DNA of 64,000 nucleotides from Candidatus Limnocylindrales bacterium (GCA_049521175.1 JBEKPB010000010.1:6553-70552); one strand, 5' to 3'; positions 29,151 to 38,931 are shown, numbered from the stretch's first letter. Numbers and translations are program-made. Notes: generated by a model not told the origin, from the letters alone.

Positions 29151-30368
29151 ATGGGGATCGCGACTTCGATGGATGCGAGGCAGCTACTGCTGCGGCGTTC
29201 CGCGTCGCAGCTCCTGGACCGGCGGATCGATGGCGAGCCCGAGACCGCGGTTCGAACGCTGCTGGCCGTCCAGGCACAGGATCGGATGAGCTGGAGACTG
29301 GCCCTTCGGGCCCGGGTGGCCAGCATCACCGCCGACCACGTGAACCGCGCCCTGACCGAGAAGCGGTCGCTGATAGTCGCCTGGCTGAACCGCGGGACGT
29401 TGCACCTGGTCTGCAGCGAGGACTACCCGTGGCTGCTGGCTCTCACGGCGCCGACTACGGTCAATGCCAACGCCCGCCGTCTCTTCCAGGAGGGGCTGCC
29501 GCCGGGGGACGTCGACCGTGCCGTCGCCTTCATCGAACGATCGCTTGCGACGGAAGGACCGCTCACGCGGACCCAGCTGCGCGACCGCTTGATCGACCGC
29601 GGGTTCCGCGTCGAAGGCCAGGCGATGGTCCAGCTGCTCTTCGCGACGGCGAACCGGGGAGTGGCGGTGCTCGGTCCGATGGCGGGTGTGCATCACGCGT
29701 TTGCGCATGCCCGCGAGTGGCTGGGGACGGCAGCGGAGCCGCTTGCGGGCGAGCGGCGCCAGCTTGCCCTCGCCGAGCTGGCACGCCGCTACCTCGTCGG
29801 CCACGGACCGGCCACGGAACGAGACCTGGCCAAATGGGCGGGCCTGCCGCTCCGAGACGTGCGGAGCGGGCTGCGGTCGATCGGCTCCGGGCTCGTGGAG
29901 TTGGACGGCGGTCTGCTCGAACTCGCAAATCGTGGTTCGGCGACACGAGACAGCGCGGCGGGTGCCTGGGTGCGCGGTTCGGCCACCGGCGCGTGGGGCA
30001 CAGCCAGCGCGCGAGGCACCGCCGGCGCGCGGGGCACAGCCGGGGCGCGCGAGCCGGTCGACGGCTCACTTCCGCCGCGACTTCTCCCGGCTTGGGATCC
30101 GTGCCTGGTCGGCTGGACTCAACGCGAGCCGTTCCTCCGCCGCGAAGACGAAGCTCCTGCGATACCGCCGGGCGGCGGCCTGTTTCGGCCGGTGGCGACC
30201 GTCGACGGCGTCGCCGCCGCGACCTGGGGCATCAACCGCGAACGTGACCGAGCCACGATCCGTATTGAGCCGTTCAGGGCGCTCGACGCCGACGTGCAGG
30301 CGGCGCTTGCGGCCGAGGCCGAGGACGTCGCCCGCTTCGAGGGCCTGACGCTCGTCGGCCACGCTTGA
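29151..30368 (+). CDS. winged-helix DNA-binding protein, YcaQ/AlkZ-like DNA glycosylase family
   Basis: Contains LLAVQAQD...LIVAWLNRGTLHLV and C-terminal family motifs. It also carries an in-frame Gly/Ala/Arg low-complexity insert. Confidence 0.6.
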   Translation: MGIATSMDARQLLLRRSASQLLDRRIDGEPETAVRTLLAVQAQDRMSWRLALRARVASITADHVNRALTEKRSLIVAWLNRGTLHLVCSEDYPWLLALTAPTTVNANARRLFQEGLPPGDVDRAVAFIERSLATEGPLTRTQLRDRLIDRGFRVEGQAMVQLLFATANRGVAVLGPMAGVHHAFAHAREWLGTAAEPLAGERRQLALAELARRYLVGHGPATERDLAKWAGLPLRDVRSGLRSIGSGLVELDGGLLELANRGSATRDSAAGAWVRGSATGAWGTASARGTAGARGTAGAREPVDGSLPPRLLPAWDPCLVGWTQREPFLRREDEAPAIPPGGGLFRPVATVDGVAAATWGINRERDRATIRIEPFRALDADVQAALAAEAEDVARFEGLTLVGHA

Positions 30369-30463
30369 CTCGGCCACCGTTGCGACCGTCAGGTGCGACC
30401 CGGTTTGACCGCGGTGCACTCCCGTCGACACTTGTCGGCGTGAGCACGACGAGCCACGACACC

Positions 30464-31126
30464 ATGAGCGAGACCGGCGCAGAACGGCTGCAGCTTGCGG
30501 ACTGGCGCCGTGGAATCGGCGAGCTGTACGCCGAGGTTCGTGGGTTGGCCGCGCGAGATCCGGCGGCCGCGCACGCTCGCTGGCAGACCGTTCGCGAGGC
30601 GCTCTATCGGGACCATCCTTCTTCGCCCGTGCCGGCGAACCGGCGGTCGGAGTTTCGGGCCCACCACTTCCCGTACGACCCGCGCCTGCGCTTCGAGCTC
30701 CCGCTGATCCCCGACGACGGCCTCGTCCCGGAACCAGCGCCGGCCAGCGCAGGCGTGCTGGCACTGAGACTGCCGATCAGCACGGGGCAGCCGCTCGGGT
30801 TCGAGCGGGTCGGCCGGCTGCGGATCCCGTTCGCAGCCGGCGCACGGTGGCTGACGCTCTTCTGGTTGCCGGAGTACGCCGGCGGTCTGTTCCTGCCATT
30901 CCGCGACGCCACCAATGGCCGCGAAACCTACGGCGGTGGACGCTACCTGCTCGACACCGGCAAGGGCGCCGACCTGGGAGGCGACCCGGAGCGCGGCACG
31001 GTCGTGGTCGACTTCAACTTCGCGTACCAGCCTTCGTGCGCGTTCGACCCTCGTTGGTCGTGTCCGTTGTCGCCTCCGGAGAACCGGCTGGACATCGAGA
31101 TCGCCGCCGGCGAACGGCTGGTCTGA
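30464..31126 (+). CDS. DUF1684 domain protein
   Basis: Contains YGGGRYLLD...VVDFNFAYQPSCAFDPRWSCPLSPPENRL. Confidence 0.7.
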   Translation: MSETGAERLQLADWRRGIGELYAEVRGLAARDPAAAHARWQTVREALYRDHPSSPVPANRRSEFRAHHFPYDPRLRFELPLIPDDGLVPEPAPASAGVLALRLPISTGQPLGFERVGRLRIPFAAGARWLTLFWLPEYAGGLFLPFRDATNGRETYGGGRYLLDTGKGADLGGDPERGTVVVDFNFAYQPSCAFDPRWSCPLSPPENRLDIEIAAGERLV

Positions 31127-31243
31127 GTTCGGGTGCCGACTTTCGGCCGAACGCCGACTCTCGGCTGAAATGCCGGCCGGGGGCGACGTAGGCGCCAGGA
31201 TGGACTGACCCATGCCCATCGGCGTACCTGTCACCATTCCGGC

Positions 31244-31942
31244 ATGAGCCCAAGCCGGAGCCTTCGCGACCTGCCCGGTCCCCAGGCGATTCTCTTCGAC
31301 CTCGACGGAACGCTGGTCGACACGGTCCACCGACGGATCGATGCCTGGCGTGAGGCCTTGCGGCAGCACGGTGTCGTTGCCGATGTCGATCGACTGGCAG
31401 GCCTGATCGGATCCGACGGCCGCCGGATGGCTCGCGAGGTCTCACGCGATGCCGGGCGGCAGTTCGACGACGCCGAGGCGCAGGTCGTAGACAACCTCAG
31501 CGGCGCCATCTTCGACGAGTTGAACAGGACGCCGGTGCCCCTTCCCGGTGCGTCGGAGCTGCTGACCGCGCTTGAGCTGAGACCCTTCACCTTCGCCATC
31601 GCGACCTCGAGCCTGCCCGGGCAGGTTGCGGCCTCGGTGAAGTCGCTGGCGCTACCCGCCGAGCCGCCGATCGTGGACGGCAGCCACGTGGTCCACGCCA
31701 AACCCGCTCCCGACCTTCTGCTGGCCGCGGCAGCTCAGCTGGGGGTAATGCCGGGGCGGTGCTGGTACGTGGGCGATTCGACGTGGGACATGCTGGCCAG
31801 CGCCGCGGCGGGCATGATCGGCATCGGCGTCACGACCGGTGCCGCAGACGCGGATGACCTGATCGTCGCAGGCGCCTCCCTCACGATCGAAAGCCTGACG
31901 GTCCTGCTCGCCGAGGTCCGGCGGCGCGGCCTGACGACGTAG
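31244..31942 (+). CDS. HAD family hydrolase (phosphatase)
   Basis: Motif I ILFDLDGTLVDT and motif IV YVGDSTWDM. Confidence 0.8.
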   Translation: MSPSRSLRDLPGPQAILFDLDGTLVDTVHRRIDAWREALRQHGVVADVDRLAGLIGSDGRRMAREVSRDAGRQFDDAEAQVVDNLSGAIFDELNRTPVPLPGASELLTALELRPFTFAIATSSLPGQVAASVKSLALPAEPPIVDGSHVVHAKPAPDLLLAAAAQLGVMPGRCWYVGDSTWDMLASAAAGMIGIGVTTGAADADDLIVAGASLTIESLTVLLAEVRRRGLTT

Positions 31943-32079
31943 GTCGGCCGGCGAGAAGCCGCCGGCCCAGTGGCGGACCAAGATCGCGGGATGTCGTCCG
32001 GTCAGCACCGCAGAGCCGAGACGCAAGAACCGGGCCGCGGGGGTGGCCCCGGGCACGGTCGAGCTGGGTGCCGATGCGC

Positions 32080-33546
32080 TTAGCTCTTGGCGGACGGATC
32101 GTCGATGCGGCCCATGAAGAGGACGGCGCCCGACCAATTGTCCTGGATGAAGTACAGGAACGGCTTGTTGACGTGGAACTGCACGTGGACCGGCGACGGC
32201 TCAGGGCCGGGGCCACCCATCGTGGCCCCAATCGAAACGGTGACGGCAGCCGCCGTCGTGCCCTGCTCGACGACATCGATGTTGGCCTGGTGGATGACCT
32301 TCTTGAGCATCAGCGGCTCGTCGTGGGTGATGCCCGAAAGGTCGGCTTGCAGGGAGAAGGCGGTCGGCATCCCCATCGCCGAGAGAGCACCCGCGAGGTC
32401 GACCCTCGATTCGGCCGAGAATCGGGGCAAGGTCAGGTCCACGTCGTAGCCGGCCATCGAAGTCGAGATGCTGCTAAGCCTCGCCGCCGTGAGGCCTTTC
32501 ACGAACGACGCCATGTCGTCGGGAACGACGATGGTCATCGCCATGGTGCCGCCGAGCCCGAGCAGAACCGATCGATAGCCCGCTCCGACGGAATACATGA
32601 GGTTGGTATCCATCGCCATCGTTGGAACCGATACCCTGGACCCATCGCTGCGGGTGAATGGCAGCGCCTTGGTCGCCTTGGGATCGAACTGGGTCGACCA
32701 ACCGGCCTTGAGGTAGATGGCGTTGGCCAGGGCGATGCGCGTGGTCTCGTCTACGTCGCCCGGCTGCAGAACCGCCGGGATGCGGCCTATGGTCTTGTCA
32801 CTCGCCCATTTGTTGATGATGAGGCGAGCCGCCTCTGAGTCGTTCACGAAGTCGACCAGCCCCAAGCCAGCTCCGAACCCGGAGCTGAGTGCATCCAGAT
32901 AAGCCTGCTCCAGGTTCATTCCCTGCTGCGAGAAGACGGCGTTGGAGACGTCCAGCTCCGCCACCGGTGTCTGGCCGGTGTGGTCGGGCGTGGCCTGCGG
33001 GTCGTTCGAGGACCAACCCGAGTCGTCGTATCGGGTGTCTGACTGCAGGGTATTGATGAGCGCCACGACCTCGTCGGCCTGGCCGGTCGCGCCGAAGTTG
33101 TGCAGCACCGTGTCCATCTCGGTTGCGGTGACGCCCCGTGCCCCAGGCAGGACCATGGCCAGGGAGAGCGCGATGCTCGTCGGCGACGCGCACAGGTTGC
33201 CGGATGAGCTGAGCCGGCGGAGCAGGTCGAACCCGAAGTCGTTGATCTCGCTGCCCGCCAGGACTCCGTGGTCGTCCGCCGGAGCCAGCAATCCGAGCTT
33301 GCCCATGGCCGTCGCGAACTCACCCGGAGCCAGCGAGCGTGAAGGCCCTTTCGAGGGGGACAGGGAAGGCCACTCCGTCAAGGACGGCGACGGCCATTGG
33401 GTGGGCCAGGCCGACGTCTGCGGCCATGGCGTGCCCGATGCCCCCGCAGTCGGTGTCTGGGTGGTTGCAGCCGTGCCGCATGCCCCCGCCACGATGATCG
33501 CAACCAATGCCGCGCCGGCGGCGCGGAGCTTCGTCTGAGCCGACAT
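32080..33546 (-). CDS. serpin family protease inhibitor, predicted lipoprotein
   Basis: Hinge/RCL VEQGTTAAAVTVSIG... and NKPFLYFIQD near the C-terminus. ATG 33546 gives MSAQTKLRAAGAALVAIIVAGACG (lipobox-like). Confidence 0.8.
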   Translation of the reverse strand: MSAQTKLRAAGAALVAIIVAGACGTAATTQTPTAGASGTPWPQTSAWPTQWPSPSLTEWPSLSPSKGPSRSLAPGEFATAMGKLGLLAPADDHGVLAGSEINDFGFDLLRRLSSSGNLCASPTSIALSLAMVLPGARGVTATEMDTVLHNFGATGQADEVVALINTLQSDTRYDDSGWSSNDPQATPDHTGQTPVAELDVSNAVFSQQGMNLEQAYLDALSSGFGAGLGLVDFVNDSEAARLIINKWASDKTIGRIPAVLQPGDVDETTRIALANAIYLKAGWSTQFDPKATKALPFTRSDGSRVSVPTMAMDTNLMYSVGAGYRSVLLGLGGTMAMTIVVPDDMASFVKGLTAARLSSISTSMAGYDVDLTLPRFSAESRVDLAGALSAMGMPTAFSLQADLSGITHDEPLMLKKVIHQANIDVVEQGTTAAAVTVSIGATMGGPGPEPSPVHVQFHVNKPFLYFIQDNWSGAVLFMGRIDDPSAKS

Positions 33547-33966
33547 CGACCGGGCCGGCACCGGGCCTCTCCGCCAAAACCCTCTCCCCAACATCTCGCC
33601 CTCTTTCGCTCGGCGACCCCGGACTCTCGAGGTCGTGTCACTAGGACGCCATTGTCTCTCGCCGCGTGGCGGCGCGGACAAGTGGCGGCTCGAACGTCCG
33701 CCTTATACGGCGCCGCGAGGCGGCCCGAACGCTCGCCCCGCGAGCGACGCCACGGAATCCCGGTTTACCGACCCGGGCGGTACTAGGTTGAAGCGGTCTC
33801 AGGTTGGACCGGGTTGTGGGCTTCGCAGCGCGATCGACACGCCCGCCGGACTCCGATCTCTCTCGTGGTTAGTGCGCCTGACGGTCGTAGACTGGCGCGC
33901 TCAGCCGCCCTGTCACGGCGCGGTTCGACATAACACCGCCTCCACCGGTATCTCGAAGAATCGGGC

Positions 33967-34092
33967 GCCGCCCGTGAGGATCGGGACGCCGCCCGTGAGG
34001 GTCGGGTTGCCGCGAGGGTCGGGTCACCCGTGAGGGTCGGGTCGCAGCGAGGGTCGGGTCGCAGCGAGGGTCGGGTCGCCGCGAGGTCGAGC
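33967..34092. repeat. degenerate 17-21 bp tandem repeat, about 7 copies
   Basis: Units are related to CGAGGGTCGGGTCGCAG (for example CGTGAGGATCGGGACGCCGCC, CGTGAGGGTCGGGTTGCCG, and CGAGGGTCGGGTCGCAG twice). Confidence 0.85.
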
Positions 34093-34274
34093 CGCGGCGC
34101 CCGCGTCGCGCCGAGTCGGCACCCTGCCACGCGGCACCAGCAAAGCCGTGCCGTCCTGAGTTGAACTCGGCGCCGCCGGCTCCGTGGCGCGCGGCGCTGC
34201 CAGACCGTGGCGCGCGGCCCCTAACGCGGGGCGCCGCCAGACCGTGGCGCGCGGCGCCTCCCGCGCCGACGCGA

Positions 34275-35324
34275 TCAGGCCGTCTCTTCGGGGACCCGTG
34301 TGCGCAGGACGATGCTCGTGAACGGGACTCGGAACACGCGGAAGACCTCGATCGAGACCAGGAACCCGGCGAAGAGGAAGATCACGCCGAGGAGCTCGCC
34401 GACGAAGAACCCGCTCGTGTCGCCGAATCGGTTCAGGCCGCTGGTGATGGCCGGGATCAGGCCGCCGAGGGCGATGAGCAGCGTGGCGGGAACCCGGCTG
34501 TTGAGCCGGCCGGTCACGAGCGCGGCGATCGCGCCCGGGATCGACGCCGCCAGGTTCACGACGATCGCGAACGGGGCGAGCGCCAGATTCGCGACGAACC
34601 AGACGGGCGATTGGCCGCGAGTCAGCGAGTAGCGGATCACGCGCCGCTTTGGCATGAAGATGTACGTGCTGTAGATGCCTCCAAGAGTCAGCGCGAACGC
34701 TCCGGTGATGTTGAAGAAAGGCGTGAGCAGTCGGAGGTAGCCGGGGAAGAGCGCCCCGGTCGGGATGTGGGTGGCCGGATCGACGACCCAGCCGGGGGCC
34801 GGAAGTGAAACAGTGACCATCATCAGCGCGGAAGCCACGGTCCCGCCGACCATGACCGCCGCCGCGAGCCGAGGCCACGTCTCGCCGCCCCGGAACGTGT
34901 CGACGACGATCGCCGCCGCCAAAACCGCGGCGATCCCGAAGTAGAGGATCGGGGCAACGCCGCTGTCGGCGTAGTTGTACTTCGACTGCGTCAGCGCGGT
35001 GAAAAGACCCGCCAGGAAGAGCGAGCCCGCGAAGGCGTAGCCGAATCTGGTCTTGCCGAGCAGGAGCACGGTGCCGAGCCCTAGCCAGCCCGCCACCCAG
35101 ATGGCGCCGATCAGATACCAGACCCGATACAGCGGCTCGGACCAGCCGAAGGCTCCGCCGAGGAACTCCGTGCCGGCGCTCAGTCCGTACCACAGCATCC
35201 CGATCGCCCAGACTGCCTGGTACGACCTCCGCCGCTCCCGCCACTGATCCGCGAGCAGGGCGAAGAAGACGAAGCTGAGCAGAGACGAGCAGAGTGGCAG
35301 GACGACGTTGAGATTCATATGCAC
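34275..35324 (-). CDS. hypothetical polytopic membrane protein
   Basis: 349 aa with about 10 hydrophobic helices. No family recognised. Confidence 0.65.
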   Translation of the reverse strand: MHMNLNVVLPLCSSLLSFVFFALLADQWRERRRSYQAVWAIGMLWYGLSAGTEFLGGAFGWSEPLYRVWYLIGAIWVAGWLGLGTVLLLGKTRFGYAFAGSLFLAGLFTALTQSKYNYADSGVAPILYFGIAAVLAAAIVVDTFRGGETWPRLAAAVMVGGTVASALMMVTVSLPAPGWVVDPATHIPTGALFPGYLRLLTPFFNITGAFALTLGGIYSTYIFMPKRRVIRYSLTRGQSPVWFVANLALAPFAIVVNLAASIPGAIAALVTGRLNSRVPATLLIALGGLIPAITSGLNRFGDTSGFFVGELLGVIFLFAGFLVSIEVFRVFRVPFTSIVLRTRVPEETA

Positions 35325-35466
35325 CCCACAGTGGCATCCGCCGTCGCCGACGGTCTTGTCCGCCGCCGATTATGGCTCACGGCCCCCAGGCTGGCTGCGG
35401 CCCGTGCGATCGGGGATCAGCTGGCGGTTCGGCGACGGCGGCCCAAGGGCCGGTGCCGCGGCGAGG

Positions 35467-35919
35467 TCAGCGCCGCCGCCGCTCGCGGGCTAGTTCCTGC
35501 AGGCGGTCGTCGGAGATGCCGAAATGGTGGGCGACCTCGTGACGCACCGTGTCGGCGACGCCACGGGAGAGCGCCTCGGGATCCCGGTAGAGCCGCAGGT
35601 GGGGACCGCGGAAGATCGTGATCTTGCTGGCCAACGCGGCGTTCTCGGCGCCGTATGAGGTGCGCGGCACACCCGTGTACAACCCGAGCAGGCCCGGCGC
35701 TCCGACCGATCGGAGCTGATCGTCGGTCGGCTCGTCCTCGACCACGATCGCCACGCTGCCGAGCCGGTCGCGGAAGACGTCGGGCAACGAGTCGATGGCG
35801 GCCACCACCAGCGCATCGAAGGGGTCGATCGGCTCCTCGGCGGTCGAGTCGGCGATCTCGTCGGGGGCTGAGCGGTCGAGCCCAAAGGCCTCGATAGGCT
35901 GATCGTAGTCGGGCGGCAT
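35467..35919 (-). CDS. metallopeptidase family protein (Zincin_1/DUF1025-like)
   Basis: HEVAHHFG zinc motif near the C-terminus. ATG at 35919. Confidence 0.7.
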   Translation of the reverse strand: MPPDYDQPIEAFGLDRSAPDEIADSTAEEPIDPFDALVVAAIDSLPDVFRDRLGSVAIVVEDEPTDDQLRSVGAPGLLGLYTGVPRTSYGAENAALASKITIFRGPHLRLYRDPEALSRGVADTVRHEVAHHFGISDDRLQELARERRRR

Positions 35920-36101
35920 GACGCCATTATCGGGTCCCGGCCGGAAGGGCGGAGATCGCCCAGCGTCCACGGTTAGCGGGTCCGCTGTTGCCGGCAGCCG
36001 GCCCGCCACGCCGATGCACCGCCTCGGGTACGATCAGACGACAGGCCGTGCCGGTGCCGTCGCCGAACGACGTCGCCCGACGGTCGACTCCGTGAGGCTT
36101 C

Positions 36102-36725
36102 ATGGCAAGCAACTTCGACGCCGTCGTGTTCGATCTGGGCGGCGTCCTCATCGACTGGAACCCGCGCCACCTCTATCGCAAGCTCTTCGATACCGACGAG
36201 GCCGCGATGGAGCGGTTCCTGGCCGAGGTCTGCACGCCGGAGTGGAATTCGCGGCTGGACGCGGGCCGCCCATTCGCGGAGGGGGTGGCCGAGCTGGTCG
36301 CACGTCACCCGGATCAGGCCGAGCTGATCGCTGCCTGGCAGCTTCGCTGGGGAGAGATGCTGGGCCCGGCGTTCGACGGGACGGTCGCGATCCTCAAGGA
36401 GCTGCGGCGCGCGGGCCTTCGAACCTATGCCCTGAGCAACTGGTCGGCCGAGACCTTCGTCGTGACGCGGCCGCGCTATCCGTTCCTCGACGAGATGGAC
36501 GGCATCCTGATCTCGGGCGAGATTGGGGTCGGCAAGCCGGACCCGGCGATCTTCCGCGAATTCCTGGCGCGCTTTGGACTCGCAGCCGAGAACGCCATCT
36601 TCATCGACGATTGGGATCTGAACGTCCAGACGGCTACCTCGCTTGGAATGATCGCCGTCCAGTTCACGGACGCGGCTCGGCTGCGCACCGATCTCCGCCG
36701 CCTCGGTCTGCCGCTGTCGGCCTGA
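36102..36725 (+). CDS. HAD-IA family hydrolase
   Basis: Contains AVVFDLGGVLIDW and the motif IV region IFIDDWDLNV. Confidence 0.75.
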   Translation: MASNFDAVVFDLGGVLIDWNPRHLYRKLFDTDEAAMERFLAEVCTPEWNSRLDAGRPFAEGVAELVARHPDQAELIAAWQLRWGEMLGPAFDGTVAILKELRRAGLRTYALSNWSAETFVVTRPRYPFLDEMDGILISGEIGVGKPDPAIFREFLARFGLAAENAIFIDDWDLNVQTATSLGMIAVQFTDAARLRTDLRRLGLPLSA

Positions 36726-36733
36726 GCACGGCC

Positions 36734-36913
36734 GCCGCCTCGCCCGTGCCGGCCGCCTCGCCCGTGCCGGCCGCCTCGCCCGTGCCGGCCGCCTCGCCGG
36801 TGCCGGCCGCCTCGCCGGTGCCGGCCGCCCCGCCCGTGCCGGGCGCCTCGCCCGTGCCGGCCGCCCCCGCTCGTGCGGGCGCCCCGCCCGTGCCCGCCGC
36901 CTCGCCCGTGCCG
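36734..36913. repeat. 18-bp tandem repeat, 10 copies
   Basis: GCCGCCTCGCCCGTGCCG is repeated head-to-tail. The first three copies are identical and later copies carry 1-6 substitutions. It starts 9 nt after the HAD gene stop. Confidence 0.95.
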
Positions 36914-37024
36914 GGCGCCCTACCGCCGTCTGCAGGTCCACCGCCGGCCATTTCCCCGGACTTCCGGGTCGGTTCCCGGGCGCTTGCGGGCGCGTAGACT
37001 GGCCGCGGCCACGTAGGACGGGGA

Positions 37025-38329
37025 GTGGGGACGACGATGCCGGTCGGACGTTGGGGTTGGGGATTGGTCCGCGCGCAGTACGGCGCCGCGCACGGGGCGG
37101 GCCGCGCAGCAATCGTCGCGGCGGCGGCCGTCTGCACGATCCTGCACATCGGTTCGGCGCTATGGTTCGACGTCGCGCACTGGGCTCTCGCCAGGTTCGC
37201 CGCAGATCGGTTCGGCCAGCGGGCTCGAGCCGGACTGCCGATCGGCTTCGCGGTCGTCTTCATCCTTGCGATCGGCGCGTGCGGCGCGGGGACGACCGGA
37301 GGTTCGGGTCAGTCGACGATGTCGCCGGGCATCGTTGGCGCGGCCTCGCCGTCATCGGAGTTCACGGCGCCGGGCACGCCCGCGAGCGTAGCCATTCCGA
37401 CAGCCTCGTCAGGTGCGACGCCGGCCGACGGCGACGACGAAACCGGCCCCAACTCACTCTCCGTATCCTCCTTCACGCCAGGCCCAACGGGCGTCCCGCT
37501 CGCGACGTCCGGGCCGATATCGACCGCCGACCGACTGCCAGGCGAGCCCGACCCGGCTCTGACGCCGGGCGCTCTCAACCCGAGCGTCACGCAGGCGACC
37601 ATTCGATCGACCGTCTGCGTCTCCGGTTGGACCGCGACGATTCGGCCCCCGAGCGAGTACACGACCGGGCTCAAGATCGAGCAGATGACGCAGTACGGCT
37701 ACTCGGACACATCGACAGCCGACTACGAGGAAGACCACCTGATCTCGCTCGAGCTGGGCGGGTCGTCGACCGATCCACGCAACCTCTGGCCCGAGCCTTA
37801 CACAGCCAGCCTGGCCGATGGCCGACCGACCGGCGCGCACGTCAAAGACGGCTTCGAAACCAAGCTCAAGAACGAGGTGTGCTCCGGGACGATCACGCTT
37901 GCGCAGGCCCAATCCGAGATCGGCGACCACTGGGTCCACGCTTACTACGGGATCGCGATCGCCTCCGGCACGCCAACTGCGGCGCCATCGCAGACGGTAG
38001 TGGTCACGACGGCGCCGACCGCCCCGCCGGTTTCTTCGCTCTCCGTCAGGATCACGAGCTTGCCGGCATCGATCAACCATGGCGCGAACGCGACGATGGT
38101 TGCGGTCACGTCGCCCGGGGCTACCTGCAGCGCCAGCGTCACCTACGCCTCGGGAACCGTCTCGGCCGCCGCCGGGTTGCAGACTCATCCTGTGGCCGGC
38201 TCAACAGGCCAGGCTTCCTGGACGTGGAAAGTGGGCACGAGCACGAAGCCCGGAACGTCGACGGCTATCGTGACCTGCTCGCTGGGCGGCACCATTGCCT
38301 CCGACTCGCGGGCCTTCGAGGTCACATGA
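37025..38329 (+). CDS. exported (lipobox-bearing) protein with HNH-like nuclease domain
   Basis: FILAIGACG lipobox, then TPGALNPSVTQATIRSTVCVSGWTATIRPP...DYEEDHLISLELGGSSTDPRNLWPEP (about nt 37577-37955). A Thr/Ala-rich C-terminal domain follows. The start (GTG 37025 or ATG 37037) is uncertain. Confidence 0.6.
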   Translation: MGTTMPVGRWGWGLVRAQYGAAHGAGRAAIVAAAAVCTILHIGSALWFDVAHWALARFAADRFGQRARAGLPIGFAVVFILAIGACGAGTTGGSGQSTMSPGIVGAASPSSEFTAPGTPASVAIPTASSGATPADGDDETGPNSLSVSSFTPGPTGVPLATSGPISTADRLPGEPDPALTPGALNPSVTQATIRSTVCVSGWTATIRPPSEYTTGLKIEQMTQYGYSDTSTADYEEDHLISLELGGSSTDPRNLWPEPYTASLADGRPTGAHVKDGFETKLKNEVCSGTITLAQAQSEIGDHWVHAYYGIAIASGTPTAAPSQTVVVTTAPTAPPVSSLSVRITSLPASINHGANATMVAVTSPGATCSASVTYASGTVSAAAGLQTHPVAGSTGQASWTWKVGTSTKPGTSTAIVTCSLGGTIASDSRAFEVT

Positions 38330-38388
38330 GGCAGCCGGCTCGACTGCCGGGATGGCGGTAGTTTCGCCGTCCGGCGCTTGCGCGCCCG

Positions 38389-38931
38389 ATGACACTGCCC
38401 CGTGCCGCGCTTCCCGTCGCATGGCAAGATGGTTCCGTGGCTGCCGCAAGCGAGTCTAAGGATGGAAAGGGACTCTCGGGAGCCGCCGTTCCGTTCAAAC
38501 AGGACTACGCGGCGACTCGTGAGATGGTCATTCGCGCGGGGCGATATGTTCGCCGAGCCCGCGACCTTGGCTTCACCCTCGACTTCTCCGACACGAGCAT
38601 AGAAGCCGCGGAACTCTTCGGCCTCGAATTGTGGGCGATGCTGCCCGGCGGGCTCTCGGACGCCCAGGCTCACGATCTCAGGGCACGGCTCATATTCGAG
38701 CTGGGTGCCTACTTCGGCGAGACGTTCATTCGGAACCACGGCGGTCGATGGGGCTGGGCGGTCCTGTTGGGCCGCCGGGTCTTCGCATTGCAGACCAGCT
38801 CCGGAGTCACTGCGTTCCCTCCACGCACGGCGAGGAAGCGCCTGCAGGGCGAAGAGTCCGAAACTCTCGCCACGCTATACGAGTTCTTGTCCCGGTCGCA
38901 CCCAAAGTCGCACCCGAAGACCAAGCGTTGA
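38389..38931 (+). CDS. hypothetical cytoplasmic protein
   Basis: 180-aa ATG ORF 60 nt after the nuclease-domain gene. No family recognised. Confidence 0.5.
   Translation: MTLPRAALPVAWQDGSVAAASESKDGKGLSGAAVPFKQDYAATREMVIRAGRYVRRARDLGFTLDFSDTSIEAAELFGLELWAMLPGGLSDAQAHDLRARLIFELGAYFGETFIRNHGGRWGWAVLLGRRVFALQTSSGVTAFPPRTARKRLQGEESETLATLYEFLSRSHPKSHPKTKR

Noticed and set aside
27986-36913. CRISPR arrays
   Set aside because: All the repeat arrays (20-bp, 17-21-bp and 18-bp units) are head-to-tail with no spacers, and no cas genes are present.
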